This document shows positions 63,376 to 64,000 of a DNA stretch of 64,000 nt, piece by piece. The DNA comes from Gemmatimonadaceae bacterium (GTDB lineage Bacteria > Gemmatimonadota > Gemmatimonadetes > Gemmatimonadales > Gemmatimonadaceae). Under the pieces are notes generated by a model, which saw only the letters and a list, made by a program, of their open reading frames with translations, made no database searches and was not told the DNA's origin. The first letter of the stretch is position 1; every line of letters starts with the position of its first letter. Both the position numbers and the translations under genes were made by a program. Location: positions 32,001 through 96,000 of the forward strand of contig JBGAJQ010000004.1 in NCBI GenBank assembly GCA_044224875.1, given 5' to 3'.

Positions 63376-63381
63376 GAGTCT

Positions 63382-63999
63382 TCAGTCGTCCGGCGTGGCG
63401 CTGATGGCATCCACCCGCGACGATCCCGGGTCGCGTCCCCCGAGCTCACGTCGAAGCCACGCCTTGGCGACGGACCAACTGCGCCTCACGGTTCGCTCGG
63501 AACTGCCCAGCGCCTGAGCCACTTCGTCGTTGGAGAGACCGCCGAAGAAGCGCATTTCAACCACACGCGCGCCGTCCGGATTGAAGGCCGCCAATCGCGT
63601 CAGAGCGTCGTCCAGCGCCATGAGGTCCTCGGCCTGAGTCTCGTTCAGCCACTGCGCGGCGAGTGCATCGACCTCGTCCAGCGAAACGTGGACTTGGTTG
63701 CCAGCCCGCTTGTGGCGCCGTCGCCGCCGCGCGTGGTCGACAAGGACGCGTCGCATCGCCTCTGACGCGACCGCGAGGAAGTGTTCCCGGTTGCGCCACT
63801 CAGACCGCTCCTCACCAGCCAAGCGCAGGTACGCTTCGTGAACGAGGGCCGTGGTCGACAGGGTGTGCCCTGGTGCCTCACTTCGCAACCGACGGTGTGC
63901 GAGCGCGCTAAGTTCGCTGTAGACAATGGCGACCAACGAATCAAACGCCTGACGGTCCCCGCCGGAGACCTGTTGCAGCAGGCGAGTGACGTCTCCGGG
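63382..63999 (-). CDS. Kinase-associated ECF sigma factor (TIGR02999-like), 5' end truncated by the window
   Basis: DVTRLL...HTLSTTALVHEAYLRL, MRRVLVDHARRR, VVEMRFFGGL; frame open to the window edge. Confidence 0.93.
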   Translation of the reverse strand, partial: PGDVTRLLQQVSGGDRQAFDSLVAIVYSELSALAHRRLRSEAPGHTLSTTALVHEAYLRLAGEERSEWRNREHFLAVASEAMRRVLVDHARRRRRHKRAGNQVHVSLDEVDALAAQWLNETQAEDLMALDDALTRLAAFNPDGARVVEMRFFGGLSNDEVAQALGSSERTVRRSWSVAKAWLRRELGGRDPGSSRVDAISATPDD

Positions 64000-64000
64000 T

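Overview
This is a GC-rich, gene-dense bacterial chromosomal segment. Gene content (TPR Ser/Thr kinases, a kinase-linked ECF sigma factor, DUF5916 proteins, Oar-like TonB receptors) suggests Gemmatimonadota, which is inference only. About 45 CDSs can be supported. They include a dispersed lower phenylacetate pathway (paaG-H-I-J, paaY, paaZ) beside a fused 2-oxoacid dehydrogenase E1, oxyR-katG with a visible OxyR operator, several secreted hydrolases, two TonB-dependent receptors and signalling genes. I saw no rRNA, tRNA, CRISPR array, integrase or transposase. Three genes are broken: ggt by clustered small indels, and a DUF5916 gene and a beta-lactamase-like gene by apparent internal deletions. 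Four observations stand out. (1) The non-palindromic heptamer CCTAACG/CGTTAGG occurs at least 31 times, on both strands and in several reading frames, forcing rare TTA/CTA codons, like a DNA-uptake or HIP1-type signal. (2) A terminator-flanked operon pairs a membrane-anchored CHAT (caspase-like)/Zn-ribbon protein with a secreted trypsin-like protease. (3) A roughly 120-nt riboswitch-like leader with mutually exclusive RBS-sequestering folds precedes an ankyrin gene. (4) A His/Cys-rich DUF2946/CruR-like upstream ORF ending in IGPP precedes a TonB receptor. All counts and folds were done by eye and need computational confirmation.
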